From assembly GCA_038841535.1 (NCBI GenBank), contig JAWBTQ010000001.1, positions 64,001 through 128,000 of the forward strand: a stretch of DNA of 64,000 nucleotides. The letters are read 5' to 3'. Under the pieces are notes generated by a model, which made no database searches, had not been told where the DNA came from, and saw only the letters and a list, made by a program, of their open reading frames with translations. Position numbers and translations under genes: made by a program. This DNA is from Sulfolobales archaeon (GTDB lineage Archaea; Thermoproteota; Thermoprotei_A; Sulfolobales; NBVN01). Positions 50,108 to 60,637 of this stretch are shown piece after piece. How positions within the stretch are numbered: position 1 is the stretch's first letter; each line of letters begins with the position of its first letter.

Positions 50108-50755
50108 GTGGCAACATTTAAGGTAGTGGTTGGGGATCCAGAGGCCAAGGACCCTAAGGAGGTTTACGTAAGAGTAGTTGAATCCAGCGAGTTGAAGCTG
50201 ACTGAGGCAATGAAAGAAGGGAGAGAGCTCTTGAGAGCGAGAGCTAACCCTAAGTTAGTCGAGAATCTCAAAACTCCTTACAGGATTGCCACGATTAGAA
50301 TATGGAAAGATAGAGCTAAGAAGGAAAAACTTAGTCTGACAGTGAGGCTCGAACTAGATCCCAGCGTTCCTGAAGGGGTTGTTTATGTTCCAGCAGGCCC
50401 TCTCTCGGAGAAACTTGGGAGTAGTGAAGCTCTAGCTGAGATATTTAGAGCAAAGAACTTCCAGATAGTGGTGGACGGCTCGAGAGCAGCAGCCTTTATA
50501 GGAAAAAAGATAGGTGACACCTTAGATGCTTCTATCATCGGCTTACCCGGGAAGAAGCTATTGATAACTGGAGGCTCGGATTCCTCAGGTTTCCCGATGC
50601 TTCAGAGCGTGCCTGGTTCCGCTAAGAGACTCCTCCTACTTTCTTCACCACCAGGGTACCACCCGCACAACGAAGGCGAAAGAAGGAGGAAAATGGTAAG
50701 AGGGAACACTGTAAGCGAAGACGTAGTTCAAATAAATACGAAGCTCGTTGACTAA
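50108..50755 (+). CDS. rps6e: 30S ribosomal protein S6e (long crenarchaeal form)
   Basis: FKVVVGDP, GKKIGD, ITGGSDSSGFPM, GERRRKMVRGN, QIN. Confidence 0.95.
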   Translation: MATFKVVVGDPEAKDPKEVYVRVVESSELKLTEAMKEGRELLRARANPKLVENLKTPYRIATIRIWKDRAKKEKLSLTVRLELDPSVPEGVVYVPAGPLSEKLGSSEALAEIFRAKNFQIVVDGSRAAAFIGKKIGDTLDASIIGLPGKKLLITGGSDSSGFPMLQSVPGSAKRLLLLSSPPGYHPHNEGERRRKMVRGNTVSEDVVQINTKLVD

Positions 50756-51166
50756 GTCACGCACCACCAATGATATCGTGATTAGTTATTCAAAAAGTCT
50801 TAAATAAACTCCCAGTTCGCTGTTTCTCGGCAGACAGAGCCACAGCAACCTTCATTTCCTCTCGCATCCGGTCTCCACATTACCTTTTCACGGTGGTGTA
50901 GTCCTAAACATCTAGCTGCCGTGCCCCCCAAGACCTTTAGAAAGCCTCGCCACCTTACAAACCTATGAACTCCGGGTCTGCCACACTAGCGGTACCCTTG
51001 AGTAAGAGAAAACTTTAGTGAACTAAAAACGTCTAAGAAATGAGGTAGGGGCTTAGATTCTGTGGTGTAGCCTATGCTATGCTTATGTAGAGAATATCTA
51101 TAATTACGGCCGTATTCTCATAATCACGGTTTAATGTGTACACGCTACTCTATTCATTTGCTATCC

Positions 51167-51424
51167 CTATTGACTTAGCTTTTCAATTTTACTTACAAGC
51201 TTTTCTACTTTTTCTGGGTCTTGGAGAACGCTGAGGAATATCTCCCCGTAATCTCCAAGTAGGATAAGGAGTGGCTGGAGATAGAGTCTAGCAAGCTGGG
51301 CCCATACTCGGCCCATGGGACCGAACGAACTAAGTAAAAAAATAACTATCGTATCGAGCTTGGAGTCTACTATTCTTTTCGCTAGCTTCTCTAGCAGTTC
51401 GTCCTCGCTGATAGGCCCCGACAT
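51167..51424 (-). CDS. Small uncharacterised protein, last gene of the membrane operon
   Basis: ATG at 51424 follows the upstream stop with a GAGG RBS. Sequence LEKLAKRIVD..IFLLSSFGPMG..EKLVSKIE. Confidence 0.75.
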   Translation of the reverse strand: MSGPISEDELLEKLAKRIVDSKLDTIVIFLLSSFGPMGRVWAQLARLYLQPLLILLGDYGEIFLSVLQDPEKVEKLVSKIEKLSQ

Positions 51425-51426
51425 AA

Positions 51427-52155
51427 TTACCTCTTTCTCAGGATACCTAGGATTATTGCTATAGCGGCTAGGATCGCTGCTATAATTGAGGCCCATGCCT
51501 GCGGCTGTATGTATATCAAGTAGATAGATATTAGGAACCCCACTCTAGTCATTATAGTGTTGGCGAAAAGTGCTCCGAAACCGACCATCATTCCGTAAAT
51601 ACCGATGTAATAGAAAGCTCTGTAGATTAAGTGCTGAGGAGACGCCCCAGCACCCTCTACTCTTCTTGGAAATATAGTAAAGAGGAAGTAAGTCAGTCCG
51701 CCAAGCGTTATTAAGACTAGTATCCAGTTGTTGAGCACCTTGACTGGGTCAGAACCCCAGAGTGGAACTATAGTAGCAGTAATCTGTCTAACTACGTTTG
51801 CTATAGGCACTGTTCTCAGAGCTAGCCCAGTACCAACAGCTATGTTAATAGCAACTGCGTACCTAGCCAGCCAGTAGTACTTTCTAGAGTATTTAATGAA
51901 CATCAGTGCGCCAAGTATGGCTGGAACTAAGTAGTGCCATGAGGTGCTCCAGAAGGTTCCAGGACTTTTAACTGCTGGTGACACGAGTACCTTATTCAGG
52001 CTGTCTAGAGCTAAAGCTATCGAGTAGCCAGCAGCAGTTCCTACGAACATGTGCTCAGCCACCTTATAGAACACGTTATCTCTATAAACAAAGCTGTATA
52101 TCCAGACGACCATGGCGGCACAGAGCCAGGCCCCGAACACTTCCCAGCCGATCAT
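51427..52155 (-). CDS. Uncharacterised polytopic membrane protein
   Basis: About 7 TM segments, YSFVYRDN..YKVAEH..VG..AGY motif, overlaps the upstream stop. Confidence 0.85.
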   Translation of the reverse strand: MIGWEVFGAWLCAAMVVWIYSFVYRDNVFYKVAEHMFVGTAAGYSIALALDSLNKVLVSPAVKSPGTFWSTSWHYLVPAILGALMFIKYSRKYYWLARYAVAINIAVGTGLALRTVPIANVVRQITATIVPLWGSDPVKVLNNWILVLITLGGLTYFLFTIFPRRVEGAGASPQHLIYRAFYYIGIYGMMVGFGALFANTIMTRVGFLISIYLIYIQPQAWASIIAAILAAIAIILGILRKR

Positions 52156-53003
52156 TTTGACTCACCTCTCTTGGCTGAAAACCTCTTGCTCCAGTACATG
52201 GCGTTCCCTATAACAATGAAGGCTACTATCAGCATGTGGGATGTGCTCTGCGCATCCATAGATGCTATACCAAGCCCGAGCCTCCCTACTAGAACCTCGT
52301 ACTCGGCCGCAGACCTCTGGCCGACAAGCATCCCTACGGCCTGCTTAGCACCTACGAATGGCTCTATTGAGGGGGCTATGACACTCAAAGCCGCGAATAA
52401 GAGGGGTACTCCGTAAGGTGTGTACCACTGCCTTATGTAGTATGAGAATATGTCAGTACCGGATGAGACTATGATTACTAAGTCAAAGTCTGTTGCCTTA
52501 TCTACTTCTTTCATCAGTGAGAGATCCTCTAACCTGTTACCGTAGTTATCGACGCTTATCGTACCCTTGATGCTCTTAGCTAGAGAAGCGGATGCTGCTT
52601 CCCCGCCCGCTATGTATCCAAGGTATACATAGTCCTTCCCGTACTCCTTGCCATCAAATAGGTCCGCAGCCATTGATCTAAAGAGAGAGAAAGCCACTAC
52701 ACCGAAAGCGCTTAGCGAGCCGTAGACTATCTTGCATCCCTTATCGAAGAAATGCTTCGTTAAAGCTATGAGATTAGGTTCTAGCTCCCCTCTAGCAGCA
52801 ACCTCGTAGTATACCTCTATGTAAACGCGGCAGCCCGGACGCAGATTCGTTTCGATATAGTTATACACGTCTCGAGTTCTCTGAGATATTTCAACCGGGA
52901 TTCCAAGGGGATGTAGTATCGGCAGGATAACTGAGAGTAGTAGAAGAGTGTAGAGGAGCTCTTTGGATCCCAGGATTTTCTCCAGGGAACTGCCTCCACT
53001 CAT
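52152..53003 (-). CDS. Uncharacterised membrane-anchored protein with a central alpha/beta domain
   Basis: N- and C-terminal TM segments, YGKDYVYLGY, G..GQRSAAEYE, MDAQS. Confidence 0.85.
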   Translation of the reverse strand: MSGGSSLEKILGSKELLYTLLLLSVILPILHPLGIPVEISQRTRDVYNYIETNLRPGCRVYIEVYYEVAARGELEPNLIALTKHFFDKGCKIVYGSLSAFGVVAFSLFRSMAADLFDGKEYGKDYVYLGYIAGGEAASASLAKSIKGTISVDNYGNRLEDLSLMKEVDKATDFDLVIIVSSGTDIFSYYIRQWYTPYGVPLLFAALSVIAPSIEPFVGAKQAVGMLVGQRSAAEYEVLVGRLGLGIASMDAQSTSHMLIVAFIVIGNAMYWSKRFSAKRGESK

Positions 53004-53004
53004 T

Positions 53005-53694
53005 TTACTCTCGCCTCCCCATCCAGCTCACCTCCCTCCACATCAGCAGTCTCAGGCCTAGGATTATAGTTCCTAGACCGGCACCTATAGTGATTGGCCT
53101 AAAGGCAGCAGTGTTTGGAACGGTCATTATCCAGTCCCTCAGGGGTAAGAAGCCGGGCCAGATCAGCCCACCAACAGTGGTGTTTCCGAAGATTACGATG
53201 AGTGCTGTAACGAGGAGCAGTAAAGCCATCGGGTTTCTGACTCTAAAAGCTCTATACGAAGCTGAAGCTATGTAGAAAACTAGTATTGAATACATAGCAG
53301 CATCGGCTGGAGCGTAGACGTTGAGATACAGCCATCTAAACTGAGGCTGAGTAGTTATCGTTATGCCTGCCTTAGGGTCGACATAGCTGAGGAACCAGCC
53401 GTACAAAGCGAAGAGAACCATGACCATGAGCAGTCCTATGGTAACCGCACTGAATGGTGCCTGCTTTAGGCCTTCCCTCTTTAACCTTACCAGGTGGAAC
53501 CTCAGTATATCGGTTCCTCCAACTATTAGAGCGAAGCTCGTGATAATTACGGCCCAATCACTCAGTGCTTTATCGGCTGTAGTGAAAGATTCTGCGATAT
53601 TTTTATTAATGTAGAGATAGTAGAAGGCAACTGTTAGTATTACTATGGTCGTAACAATGAGCTGGGGGATGTGTCTCCTGACAACTATACTCAT
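53005..53694 (-). CDS. Uncharacterised polytopic membrane protein
   Basis: About 6 TM segments, FYIASASYRAFRVRN, DWIMTVPNTAAFR..IG. Confidence 0.85.
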   Translation of the reverse strand: MSIVVRRHIPQLIVTTIVILTVAFYYLYINKNIAESFTTADKALSDWAVIITSFALIVGGTDILRFHLVRLKREGLKQAPFSAVTIGLLMVMVLFALYGWFLSYVDPKAGITITTQPQFRWLYLNVYAPADAAMYSILVFYIASASYRAFRVRNPMALLLLVTALIVIFGNTTVGGLIWPGFLPLRDWIMTVPNTAAFRPITIGAGLGTIILGLRLLMWREVSWMGRRE

Positions 53695-53698
53695 ATCC

Positions 53699-54592
53699 TC
53701 ACCCTACCTTCCATACCCAGTTGAGGGCATCTACCAGCTTGTAGCCTCCGAAGAGCAGCAATACCCCTAAGACGATTAGCACTATCGAGAGAACCTTACC
53801 TATGTCTTGACCCCTTATCGAGGCAAGAGTCTCCTTATCTCCCGATGCTAGTGCTCCTGCTGCAAATATTTCCTCGCCTATGAAGGAGTAGTCTGCTACC
53901 AAAACGAAGAACGGTATCTGAGTCTCTCTAGCTGTTCCTGCTATCTGAAAAGCGTTCACCATGTTTCCTGCCTCCATAAATATTAGGGACTCAGCGTAGA
54001 AGGGACCTACGACTATGTTGGCACCGACTCTTTCTCTAATCAGTGTTGCCTGAACAGCTGAGGCGTAAGCAAACTGCTGGTCTGTTAAGTACCTCACGTT
54101 ATATGTAGGGTCATAGAGCTCCGGTCTACTGGAGGAATAGTAGCCCTCTCTAACTATCTCTTCTGTCGTAGCTATTGCCTCAGGTACACCTAGAGTGGCG
54201 ATTAGCTTTGCTCCGTACCTACCGCACAATCTAGCAACGTGCGACAGTACCCCTAGGCCAGCGATAAATTGCGGTGCCATAGCAGACGATATGGTTCCAA
54301 AGCCAAAAGTCATGTGTACGGGCCTACCCATTTCAACTGATCTAGCTACAGCCTCCTCTATAGCATCAAAAGCAGGTATCTTTCTCACGGGAAATTCCTT
54401 ACCTATCTTAGCTTCAGACATAAAGATGTAGCCTACTACTAGCAAAGCTAGGAGTATTAAGAAGGCCGAAAAAGGAGCACGCGTTGAATAGAGCTGAACT
54501 CCTCGCAACCAGCTGATACCAGACACAACAGCTATGAGTACCAAAACAGCAATAGCCAATAATACCCCTAAAGAGGTCTTCAGATACGTCAC
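53699..54592 (-). CDS. DUF6754-like membrane protein
   Basis: N-terminal TMs, RKIPAFDAIEEAVARSVEMGRPVH, G.FYAESL..EAG, QIAGT, IGEEIFAAGA. Confidence 0.8.
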   Translation of the reverse strand: MTYLKTSLGVLLAIAVLVLIAVVSGISWLRGVQLYSTRAPFSAFLILLALLVVGYIFMSEAKIGKEFPVRKIPAFDAIEEAVARSVEMGRPVHMTFGFGTISSAMAPQFIAGLGVLSHVARLCGRYGAKLIATLGVPEAIATTEEIVREGYYSSSRPELYDPTYNVRYLTDQQFAYASAVQATLIRERVGANIVVGPFYAESLIFMEAGNMVNAFQIAGTARETQIPFFVLVADYSFIGEEIFAAGALASGDKETLASIRGQDIGKVLSIVLIVLGVLLLFGGYKLVDALNWVWKVG

Positions 54593-54850
54593 CTCACCAC
54601 TATCTTAATAACTAAGATTAAAAACTTTATACGATTAAAGCTTCAGAGTACTTTAAGAAAACGTTTCCACGAAATGAGCAGAAATAATTTAGTTGCCATA
54701 TTTATTGTAATCGTTTACGTTCTCTCTCAGAAACTTAGTCAGCGCTTCAAGGGCTCTTTAGTGAAGGACTCCGGCTATCAATACTTATATGAGCCCACAT
54801 GATACGGAAGATGAAGGGTTTCTTAGCTGTTTCACTGCGATATTTATCGA

Positions 54851-55116
54851 AGGTTACGCAATGTCTTTAAGTCGTGATGAGTGTAGCGCCTTTGCTGGTT
54901 CGGGGCGGCACCGACAGCCAACACCAGAGCTGCTCAGAGGATGAATAAGGAGATTTAGATGTGGGCCCCGCCCCGTTGTGCTCGAAGAGGGGTCGTGACT
55001 CTCGCACATAATGGCTTGTAGCCACGATGAGCTGCTGACAAAATCCCAACTGACCCAGAAAACCTAGAGAAACCTTGGGGTCGGTAGCCCTGCGGTAACC
55101 TGGCTCTACCTTCAGC
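54851..55116 (+). mobile_element. Copy 2 of the structured non-coding repeat (IS110-like non-coding end), with no transposase following
   Basis: Colinear with 130-356. K-turn-like boxes GTGATGA..CCGA and GTGA..CGATGA, and a TTCG-loop hairpin. Confidence 0.6.
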
Positions 55117-55201
55117 ATCCCCTAGTTTTGCATAGAGTCTCTCTAAAGTTTCACGAAAGTTCGTATATACTATTTAGGTAGATACTAACCGAGGTGTAAC
55201 T

Positions 55202-55729
55202 GTGAACAAGGGAACTGTTACACTAGTTTCAGCAGTCGCTCTAGCTTTAGCGGCTCTGCTAGCTACGGGTGCTGTACTGGCTTACGCCAAAAGTGCGAAC
55301 GAAAGATGGATGCTCGGAGGACCTGCCGCAGGCATGTTAAACTGGATTGGTCAGCAGACAAACTGTAACTTAACTAATAAACCAGCAAACCTTCTCAGAA
55401 TGAGGCTGCTCTACGAGAAAATGAGGTTCGCAAAAAGTCTTGGACCACGAGTCGAGATGAGTGAGGAATATAGGGAAAAGGTCCTCAGGATAACTACAGA
55501 GGATGCTGATGTAGCTAAACTCCTAGAGAATGGCTATAACATAACAAGTATAAAACCTATCATTAAGGCGTATGTAGAAGCAGACGGATCAGTTAGTCTT
55601 AGAGCTGACGAGGCTCTAGTTATATTGCGCAAAGAGAAGAGTATCGCGGCAGTTTTAGTGAATCTAAAGGAGGAAAAAGTAGCTAAGATAGCGATCTACT
55701 CCTTTTCGGTAACCGTAATAGAGAAGTAG
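55202..55729 (+). CDS. Secreted or membrane-anchored hypothetical protein
   Basis: Hydrophobic N-terminal signal, GAGGTG RBS. Confidence 0.75.
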   Translation: MNKGTVTLVSAVALALAALLATGAVLAYAKSANERWMLGGPAAGMLNWIGQQTNCNLTNKPANLLRMRLLYEKMRFAKSLGPRVEMSEEYREKVLRITTEDADVAKLLENGYNITSIKPIIKAYVEADGSVSLRADEALVILRKEKSIAAVLVNLKEEKVAKIAIYSFSVTVIEK

Positions 55730-55865
55730 ATTAAGGTATTAGCCAACCGAACAGTACAATGTTATTTTTATCTTTAATGGATTCTTCTGCTTTATTCTCT
55801 TACCCACTCACGTTCTCGTTTTACTGTATTTAGTATATTATACCTTATACATACCGTATTGTGGT

Positions 55866-56762
55866 ATGTATGTAGTTAGACCCTTCGATCCCTGGCGGTC
55901 TCCCCTGTGTACCTGCCCTGCTAAGTACGTGCTTCATCCTTACACGGGGTGTGGACATAGGTGCTTATACTGCTATGCTAGTAGCTACATACGCGACTTC
56001 TTTAATCCGAGGCCTAAGAAGGGCTTAGGAAGTAAGCTGGTCAGAGACCTCGAAATACTTTCTTCAGGTAGTGTAATCGAAGTATCTACGAGTAGCGACC
56101 CCTATACACCACCGGAGGAAAACCTACTACTTACTCGGGAAGCCATCTTGGAGATATTAAAGCGGGGCTACAGATTGCTTATAACGACTAAGAGCACTCT
56201 GATTCTTAGAGACCTCGACCTCTTAGCAAAGTATAGAGATAGAGTAGCTGTAGCTATCACTATTACCACTTTAGACAGTAAAATTGCCGCAGTTCTAGAG
56301 CCGGGCGCCCCCGAAGTATCAGAAAGACTTAAGGTAGTGAAACTGCTGAGTAAGTCTGAAATACCAACACTCGTTAGAGTGGACCCGATAGTACCCTACA
56401 TTAACGACGATTTCTCGGAAATAGCCAAGTTGGTGGATCATGTAGCTAGTGCTGGCGCTATTCAAGTCACTAGCTCAACCTATAAGGCTAGGCCGGATAG
56501 CCTGAGAAGACTGCTAAAGGCTTTTCCAGAGATTTCTTCACTATTGTTAGAGTCCTATAGGGCTGGTGAGAAAGTGGCGGGATACAGGTATCTGAAGAGA
56601 GAAGTTCGCCGCGAGTACATGAAGAGCGTGAGAGATGCTGCCGTAAGAGCTGGTTTAGCGTTTAATACGTGTAGAGAGGGATTTCATGAGCTAGCCTCGA
56701 AGGGCTTTAGTTGCGATGGCTCCTCACTCATAGGTAGATATCGGTCAGCCGTTAAGGCCTAG
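55866..56762 (+). CDS. SPL-like radical SAM protein
   Basis: PFDPW..LCTCP, PYTGCGHRCLYCYA, SSDPY, RVDPIVP, CREG..CDG. Confidence 0.92.
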   Translation: MYVVRPFDPWRSPLCTCPAKYVLHPYTGCGHRCLYCYASSYIRDFFNPRPKKGLGSKLVRDLEILSSGSVIEVSTSSDPYTPPEENLLLTREAILEILKRGYRLLITTKSTLILRDLDLLAKYRDRVAVAITITTLDSKIAAVLEPGAPEVSERLKVVKLLSKSEIPTLVRVDPIVPYINDDFSEIAKLVDHVASAGAIQVTSSTYKARPDSLRRLLKAFPEISSLLLESYRAGEKVAGYRYLKREVRREYMKSVRDAAVRAGLAFNTCREGFHELASKGFSCDGSSLIGRYRSAVKA

Positions 56763-57248
56763 TGCCACTCTGTACTCTTTGCTTAGAGTTTCCAGCTTCT
56801 TCAGTATGCCTGGGTCTCTCTCTATAATCTCACTCACTAGACTGAGGTACCTCGCGGCTCTCACCGCATCAGGAGATACTCTAACGAGCTCTTTCCCATT
56901 TACAACCACGAAGTGCTCTTTACTTAATCTTTCACCCAGTATGTATTCTGATTCATTAGCACTCGCATGCAATGTGAAGCAGTGAGGACTTCCGTCTATA
57001 GTAACTATGGTAATCCTCCTCGGCCGTGACGACCTGATAATACTCGCTATCTTACCGTAGTGAGTCGGATTCTCGCGCTCAGGACAGGCAAGCAGTACTG
57101 TTTTTCCTTGTGAAAGCTGCTTGAATAACTCCGGGTTAACTACAGGTAGGCACGCTGAAACTATTAAGATATCTGAGTTCGCCAACACTGGTGCTTTAAC
57201 CCACGTACTCCACAACCAAGAACAAGAACCGCACTCCATTTTTACCAC
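56745..57248 (-). CDS. Cys-containing putative Fe-S protein coupled to thiC
   Basis: CGSC, SACLP, LACPE, GSPHC; start overlaps the thiC stop. Confidence 0.75.
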   Translation of the reverse strand: MVKMECGSCSWLWSTWVKAPVLANSDILIVSACLPVVNPELFKQLSQGKTVLLACPERENPTHYGKIASIIRSSRPRRITIVTIDGSPHCFTLHASANESEYILGERLSKEHFVVVNGKELVRVSPDAVRAARYLSLVSEIIERDPGILKKLETLSKEYRVALGLNG

Positions 57249-58582
57249 ACCAAGCTACCACCTTCTCCATATCTCTCCAGTAACTCATCTGTCTTCAGCT
57301 CTCTTCCACTTACGTACTTCGATAACAAGAGAAACACGCAGTACTGACCACACATAGTGCATGAACCCAAATCCTGCTGAAACTGCGTCTTCAGTTTCGC
57401 AGCCCTCTCCGGGTCGTAGGATCTCGACAACTGGTAGTCCCAGTCTAGAGAAGCTCTCCTTATGCTCATTTCAATGTCTTCGTAGGCTACCTTCCTACCT
57501 AACTTTACTAGGTCACCGGCGTGAGCAGCTATTTTAGCTGCTATCAGACCCTCTTTCACTTGCTCTACTCCGGGTAGCCCTAGGTGCTCTGATGGTGTGA
57601 GGTAGCATATGAGGTCCGCACCTGCGGCTGCCGCTATAGCGGCTCCTATGGCTGAGGCTATGTGGTCGTACCCTACTGCAACATCTGTGACTAGTGGACC
57701 GAGTACGTAGTAGGGTACACCACCACTGAGGGACTTCATCAGCCTCACATCTGCGACTACTTTGTCTAAGGTCATGTGCCCTGGTCCCTCTATCATTACC
57801 TGGACCCCCCTACTTACCGCATCTCTAGCTAGCCTAGAGTTGTTCAATAGCTCCCCGATCTGTAGCTCGTCGTGAGCGTCAGCTGTAGCACCAGGCCTCA
57901 AAGCGTCACCTAGGCTTATCACGGCATCGTACTCTCTAAATAGCTCTACCAGGTAATCCCAGTGCTTTAAGTACGGGTTTTCCTCGCTGTTCTCTATCAT
58001 CCAAACGGCTATCATGCTCCCACCTCTACTGACTATCGGAGCGACTCTGCGGCTCTTTACAGACTTTCTAGCTAAGTCTAGAGTAATTCCAGCATGTATT
58101 GTCATGAAGTCTACTCCGTCCTTTAGGTGCTTCTCTACAACCGATAGAAACCACTCCGAAGGTATGCCGACACCTCCATACTTTCTAATACCTTCAATCC
58201 AAGCTTGATATGTAGGCACCGTACCGAACGGTACTCCTTCAGAAGCTCCTAGTAGCCTTGCTCTAATCTCGTCTAGGTTACCACCAGTACTTAAGTCCAT
58301 TAGTGTATCTGCTCCAAGCTTTACTGCCGTCTTAACCTTCTCGACCTCTAAGTCGACGTTGACTATCGTGCCACTCGTTCCAACGTTTACGTTTACTTTA
58401 GTCCTCAATCCCTCCCCTACTGCTGCGGGTCTCACTTTAGGTCTTCTGCTGTTTCTTACGATAATTACTCTACCTAGACCTACCCTCTTCTTAAGGGTCT
58501 CATAGTCTATGCCCTCAGATTTCGCTATACCGACTAGCTCGCTTATACTGTTACTGTTTCTAGCTTCAGTTATTATACCCAA
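57242..58582 (-). CDS. thiC: Phosphomethylpyrimidine synthase ThiC
   Basis: [47 protein letters not shown]. Confidence 0.93.
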   Translation of the reverse strand: MGIITEARNSNSISELVGIAKSEGIDYETLKKRVGLGRVIIVRNSRRPKVRPAAVGEGLRTKVNVNVGTSGTIVNVDLEVEKVKTAVKLGADTLMDLSTGGNLDEIRARLLGASEGVPFGTVPTYQAWIEGIRKYGGVGIPSEWFLSVVEKHLKDGVDFMTIHAGITLDLARKSVKSRRVAPIVSRGGSMIAVWMIENSEENPYLKHWDYLVELFREYDAVISLGDALRPGATADAHDELQIGELLNNSRLARDAVSRGVQVMIEGPGHMTLDKVVADVRLMKSLSGGVPYYVLGPLVTDVAVGYDHIASAIGAAIAAAAGADLICYLTPSEHLGLPGVEQVKEGLIAAKIAAHAGDLVKLGRKVAYEDIEMSIRRASLDWDYQLSRSYDPERAAKLKTQFQQDLGSCTMCGQYCVFLLLSKYVSGRELKTDELLERYGEGGSLVW

Positions 58583-58705
58583 CGGTCTCGACCGTGATAA
58601 GTTCTTGGGCTACCTTATATATGACCTGGTTCTAGAGCATTTAAAACCGAGTTATAGACGTGATGCCGATGCTGCGAAACGTAACTTATTTAGCTGTATG
58701 GAATA

Positions 58706-59653
58706 GTGCATTCTTTGGGACGCAGGTTGCTGCCAGGACTCGAGAAATACCTAAGCGATGAGCGCTCTGGCTACGCTATGCTAGTCGCAGGTCCTCAGTA
58801 CCCACACACTTGCTCCTCATTCGAGTATCCAGCTAGGTACACTATGTCTATCAAGGAGAACTCCGACACATCTCTACTATTCGTAGTCCTTAGGGGAAGA
58901 GATAGAGTTGAAGACATTAACTGGAGGGTTTATGTCAATGAAGTAAAAGTATCTAGAGTGTTCAAACCGCAACACTCCCTCGAGATACGAGGCGACCTGT
59001 ACTACGTATACGTTGCCGACGTTTCACCAATCACTAAGAGCACCAATACTGTTGAGCTCTTAGTAAAGTGCCACGCTAGAGACGTGCGCATAGAGTCGAC
59101 GGGTCTAGTGGCTCTCCTTCCTGGGGAGCTTCAAAGTAGGGTTGGTGTTTACGTAGGCGTCTCTAGAATCGAAAAAGAGTACAGCCTCTACGTTGGTGAG
59201 TACGGCTTCTCTGTTGTCAGTATAGTTGGTCGCGGAAACGGTGGGACTATTACTAGTAATGGTATGTCGAAAAAAGTCAACAACTCATTTGAGATTTCAG
59301 AGCTACTCTCCAACAACAGAATAGACATTGCAGGACCAGTAAACGTGTATGCTATGGTTGTAAACGCTTATGCTGGTAAACCACCAGATATTTCCATACC
59401 CAGTATCATAGTAGAGCCAGAGAAAGTCAAGTTGATACTAACTAACACCGGTGACTACGCAATCAGTAACGTCGAGCTGAAGCTCCTGCGTGGTACGCAA
59501 GCAGTTCAAAGGCTAACTATGAGGAAGATAGGGCCTAGAGAAAGTAGTGAGGTAGAATTAAATAAACCAGCACCTGGGGCTACAGCAATAAAAATAGCAT
59601 ACGAGTTTTCTGGTTACGTCTTCACGCGAGTAATTCAGCTAAGTCAGCCTTGA
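58706..59653 (+). CDS. Hypothetical beta-rich protein with a C-terminal CARDB/Ig-like domain
   Basis: PDISI..LTNTGD..NV..IGPRES motif. Confidence 0.7.
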   Translation: MHSLGRRLLPGLEKYLSDERSGYAMLVAGPQYPHTCSSFEYPARYTMSIKENSDTSLLFVVLRGRDRVEDINWRVYVNEVKVSRVFKPQHSLEIRGDLYYVYVADVSPITKSTNTVELLVKCHARDVRIESTGLVALLPGELQSRVGVYVGVSRIEKEYSLYVGEYGFSVVSIVGRGNGGTITSNGMSKKVNNSFEISELLSNNRIDIAGPVNVYAMVVNAYAGKPPDISIPSIIVEPEKVKLILTNTGDYAISNVELKLLRGTQAVQRLTMRKIGPRESSEVELNKPAPGATAIKIAYEFSGYVFTRVIQLSQP

Positions 59654-59931
59654 AATATTAAGTACACTTCACGAACCTCCTGAGATCCACTCTCACAAGT
59701 ACTGCTGGACTGAAGTGTACATCTGAAGACGCGACGTAATTTAGAAGTACTTACCGCATCTAACTGCTGAACTACTTATGGAGGGCATTTGCTATATTCG
59801 CATGTATTCCTGAGTCCTGATGCTCTCTAGCACCTAGATACCTACTTCGTTCACGTAAATAGTATTCCTGCTATCCATAAGCTAGCAACTATGGTCACTA
59901 ATAGCGGGAACTCTTTGAAGGGGCACGAAAG

Positions 59932-60008
<77 letters not shown>

Positions 60009-60062
60009 CATCTTACACATTTAATATCTTTAGTTTTAAGCTTTAAGTATTGGAGGCCTAGT

Positions 60063-60587
60063 GTGTCTATAAGGGTAGCTTATAGTGCGCTTAGAAGGAA
60101 GAACTCTAAAGAACTAGTCGAGAAATTCTGCGAGTTATATCCTAGAGCCTGCTTGAGTTTGGGGGCAAGTTCTACATCGCTAGTTTACGCAGCTGTATTC
60201 GATGGTGAAGTGATTTACGTAATAGATGGAGTCCCAGCAGCATTTAAGAGTGGGGAAATACTAGCTCCAACACTTGTTTCTGCTAGGATGACTGGAATCG
60301 AGGCATTTCACTACGCTGTCGTAGATGAGGGAGCTGTTAAACCGATACTCAATGGAGCTGACGTCATGGCTCCAGGAATATTGAGAGTAAGTGACTTTAG
60401 TGCTGGTGTTATCGTAGTCGTTTGGTCTAGAGACGAGAAAACACCTCTTGCTGTAACTCAAGCACTTATGGGTTCAAGTGAAGTGGTATCCAAGCGTAGG
60501 GGTAAGGCCTTAAAGAACTTGCACTACGCTGGTGACGGTATATGGAGGGTGTCTCTTGAAGTATTAAAGAAGTTCGGGAAAGTGTGA
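60063..60587 (+). CDS. PUA-domain RNA-binding protein (MCT-1/Tma20-like)
   Basis: VDEGAVKPILNGADVMAPGI, RGKALKNLHYAGD. Start trimmed to exclude the antisense tRNA. Confidence 0.9.
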   Translation: MSIRVAYSALRRKNSKELVEKFCELYPRACLSLGASSTSLVYAAVFDGEVIYVIDGVPAAFKSGEILAPTLVSARMTGIEAFHYAVVDEGAVKPILNGADVMAPGILRVSDFSAGVIVVVWSRDEKTPLAVTQALMGSSEVVSKRRGKALKNLHYAGDGIWRVSLEVLKKFGKV

Positions 60588-60637
60588 TCTTTGATTAAGG
60601 TTTATAAGCCCTATCATACGAATTTGAAGGGTCTGCT

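Noticed and set aside
50108-50755. Large insertion in ribosomal protein S6e
   Set aside because: Long eS6 forms are already known in crenarchaea.
58583-58705. TPP riboswitch upstream of thiC
   Set aside because: No CTGAGA/TPP aptamer core and little room for one.
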